Shown here piece by piece: positions 63,420 to 64,000 of a stretch of DNA of 64,000 bases; position 1 is the stretch's first letter, and each line of letters starts with the position of its first letter. This stretch comes from an uncultured Gammaproteobacteria bacterium (GTDB taxonomy: Bacteria; Patescibacteriota; Patescibacteriia; UBA9934). A program made the position numbers and the translations under genes. Below the pieces are notes generated by a model, which was given only the letters and a program-made list of their open reading frames with translations, had not been told where the DNA came from and did not search any database. The stretch spans positions 1,628 to 65,627 of the forward strand of contig CAZREA010000004.1 in the NCBI GenBank assembly GCA_964599455.1. Direction: 5' to 3'.

Positions 63420-64000
63420 ATGCTCGAGATGCCCAAGGCCTACGATCCTCATCTTGTTGAAGATACCTTATATAGTCGATGGTTGGAAAGTGGATATTTT
63501 AATCCCGATAAGCTTCCGGGAGATCGAAGAGAGATTTTTTCCATCATGATGCCGCCGCCAAACGTGACGGGCGTTCTTCATCTTGGGCACGCACTGGAAA
63601 ATTCTCTCATGGATGCCATGGCACGTTATCAGCGTTTGCTTGGCAAAAAGGTGCTTCTTATTCCCGGAACCGATCATGCCGCTTTGCCTACACAGGCAAA
63701 AGTAGAAAAGATGTTAATGAGTGACGGCATGAAAAATCCTCGTCAGGAATTAGGTCGCGAGGCGCTGGTCGCAAAAATTCGCGCATTTGCTGAAGATTCA
63801 AAAGCGACCATTCTCAAGCAAGTGAAAAAAATGGGAACCAGTGCGGATTGGTCCAGGTTGGCGTACACGTTTGATGAAGATCGCAATAAAGCCGTCAACA
63901 AGCTTTTTACCCGCATGTACGAAGATGGTCTTATTTATCGCGGCTTTCGTGTAGTCAATTGGTCGGTCAAAGGGCAATCCACTTCATCCGACGATGAAAT
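63420..64000 (+). CDS. valS: valine--tRNA ligase, 5' portion (continues beyond window)
   Basis: 'PPPNVTGVLHLGHALE' HIGH region. Confidence 0.85.
   Translation, partial: MLEMPKAYDPHLVEDTLYSRWLESGYFNPDKLPGDRREIFSIMMPPPNVTGVLHLGHALENSLMDAMARYQRLLGKKVLLIPGTDHAALPTQAKVEKMLMSDGMKNPRQELGREALVAKIRAFAEDSKATILKQVKKMGTSADWSRLAYTFDEDRNKAVNKLFTRMYEDGLIYRGFRVVNWSVKGQSTSSDDE

Noticed and set aside
1-64000. CRISPR arrays, rRNA genes, transposases and integrases
   Set aside because: No regularly spaced direct repeats, no 16S or 23S-like sequence, and no DDE, tyrosine or serine recombinase motifs in any ORF translation.

Overview
A gene-dense bacterial chromosome segment of roughly 47-50% GC (judged by eye, not computed). 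The core gene set and compact style resemble small-genome CPR/Patescibacteria-like bacteria, but that lineage call is inference only. Core genes I can support from sequence: ileS, valS (3' partial), trpS, RNase J, a split transketolase plus rpe and rpiB, ruvA, a Nudix hydrolase, FemAB-family protein, CCA-adding enzyme, rplS, secG, two pseudouridine synthases, three GT4 glycosyltransferases plus a WbaP-like sugar transferase, a DUF4012 protein, a large repeat-domain surface protein, and an FG-GAP/L,D-transpeptidase. RNA genes are rnpB (RNase P RNA) and four tRNAs with encoded CCA: Ala-UGC, Leu-CAG, Val-GAC, and an unusual Ile-UAU. The most interesting layer is a set of at least six visibly GC-rich (about 60% or more) cassettes of one to three genes dropped into intergenic gaps: 20.9-23.3 kb, 28.5-29.8 kb, 29.9-31.2 kb, 38.9-40.0 kb, 43.4-45.1 kb and 58.2-58.9 kb. 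Each gene in these cassettes has a strong GGAGG-type ribosome-binding site and its own GC-rich intrinsic terminator. One cassette holds three tandem paralogs with a shared N-terminal domain. Another encodes a C-terminal NMN/NaMN adenylyltransferase domain fused to an unknown glycine-rich domain, next to two small unknown proteins. One cassette block sits beside a 16-nt duplicate of the ileS 3' end, which looks like an integration scar. Two families of hairpin repeats (R1 x3, R2 x2) flank tRNA genes, and a promoter/terminator-bounded structured RNA of about 650 nt of unknown class lies at 59.0-59.7 kb. I found no CRISPR array, integrase, transposase or rRNA. CDS coordinates come from the ORF track, with some starts moved to internal Met/GTG/TTG codons by codon arithmetic. 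Coordinates of RNAs, repeats and hairpins were counted by hand and may be off by 1-2 nt.
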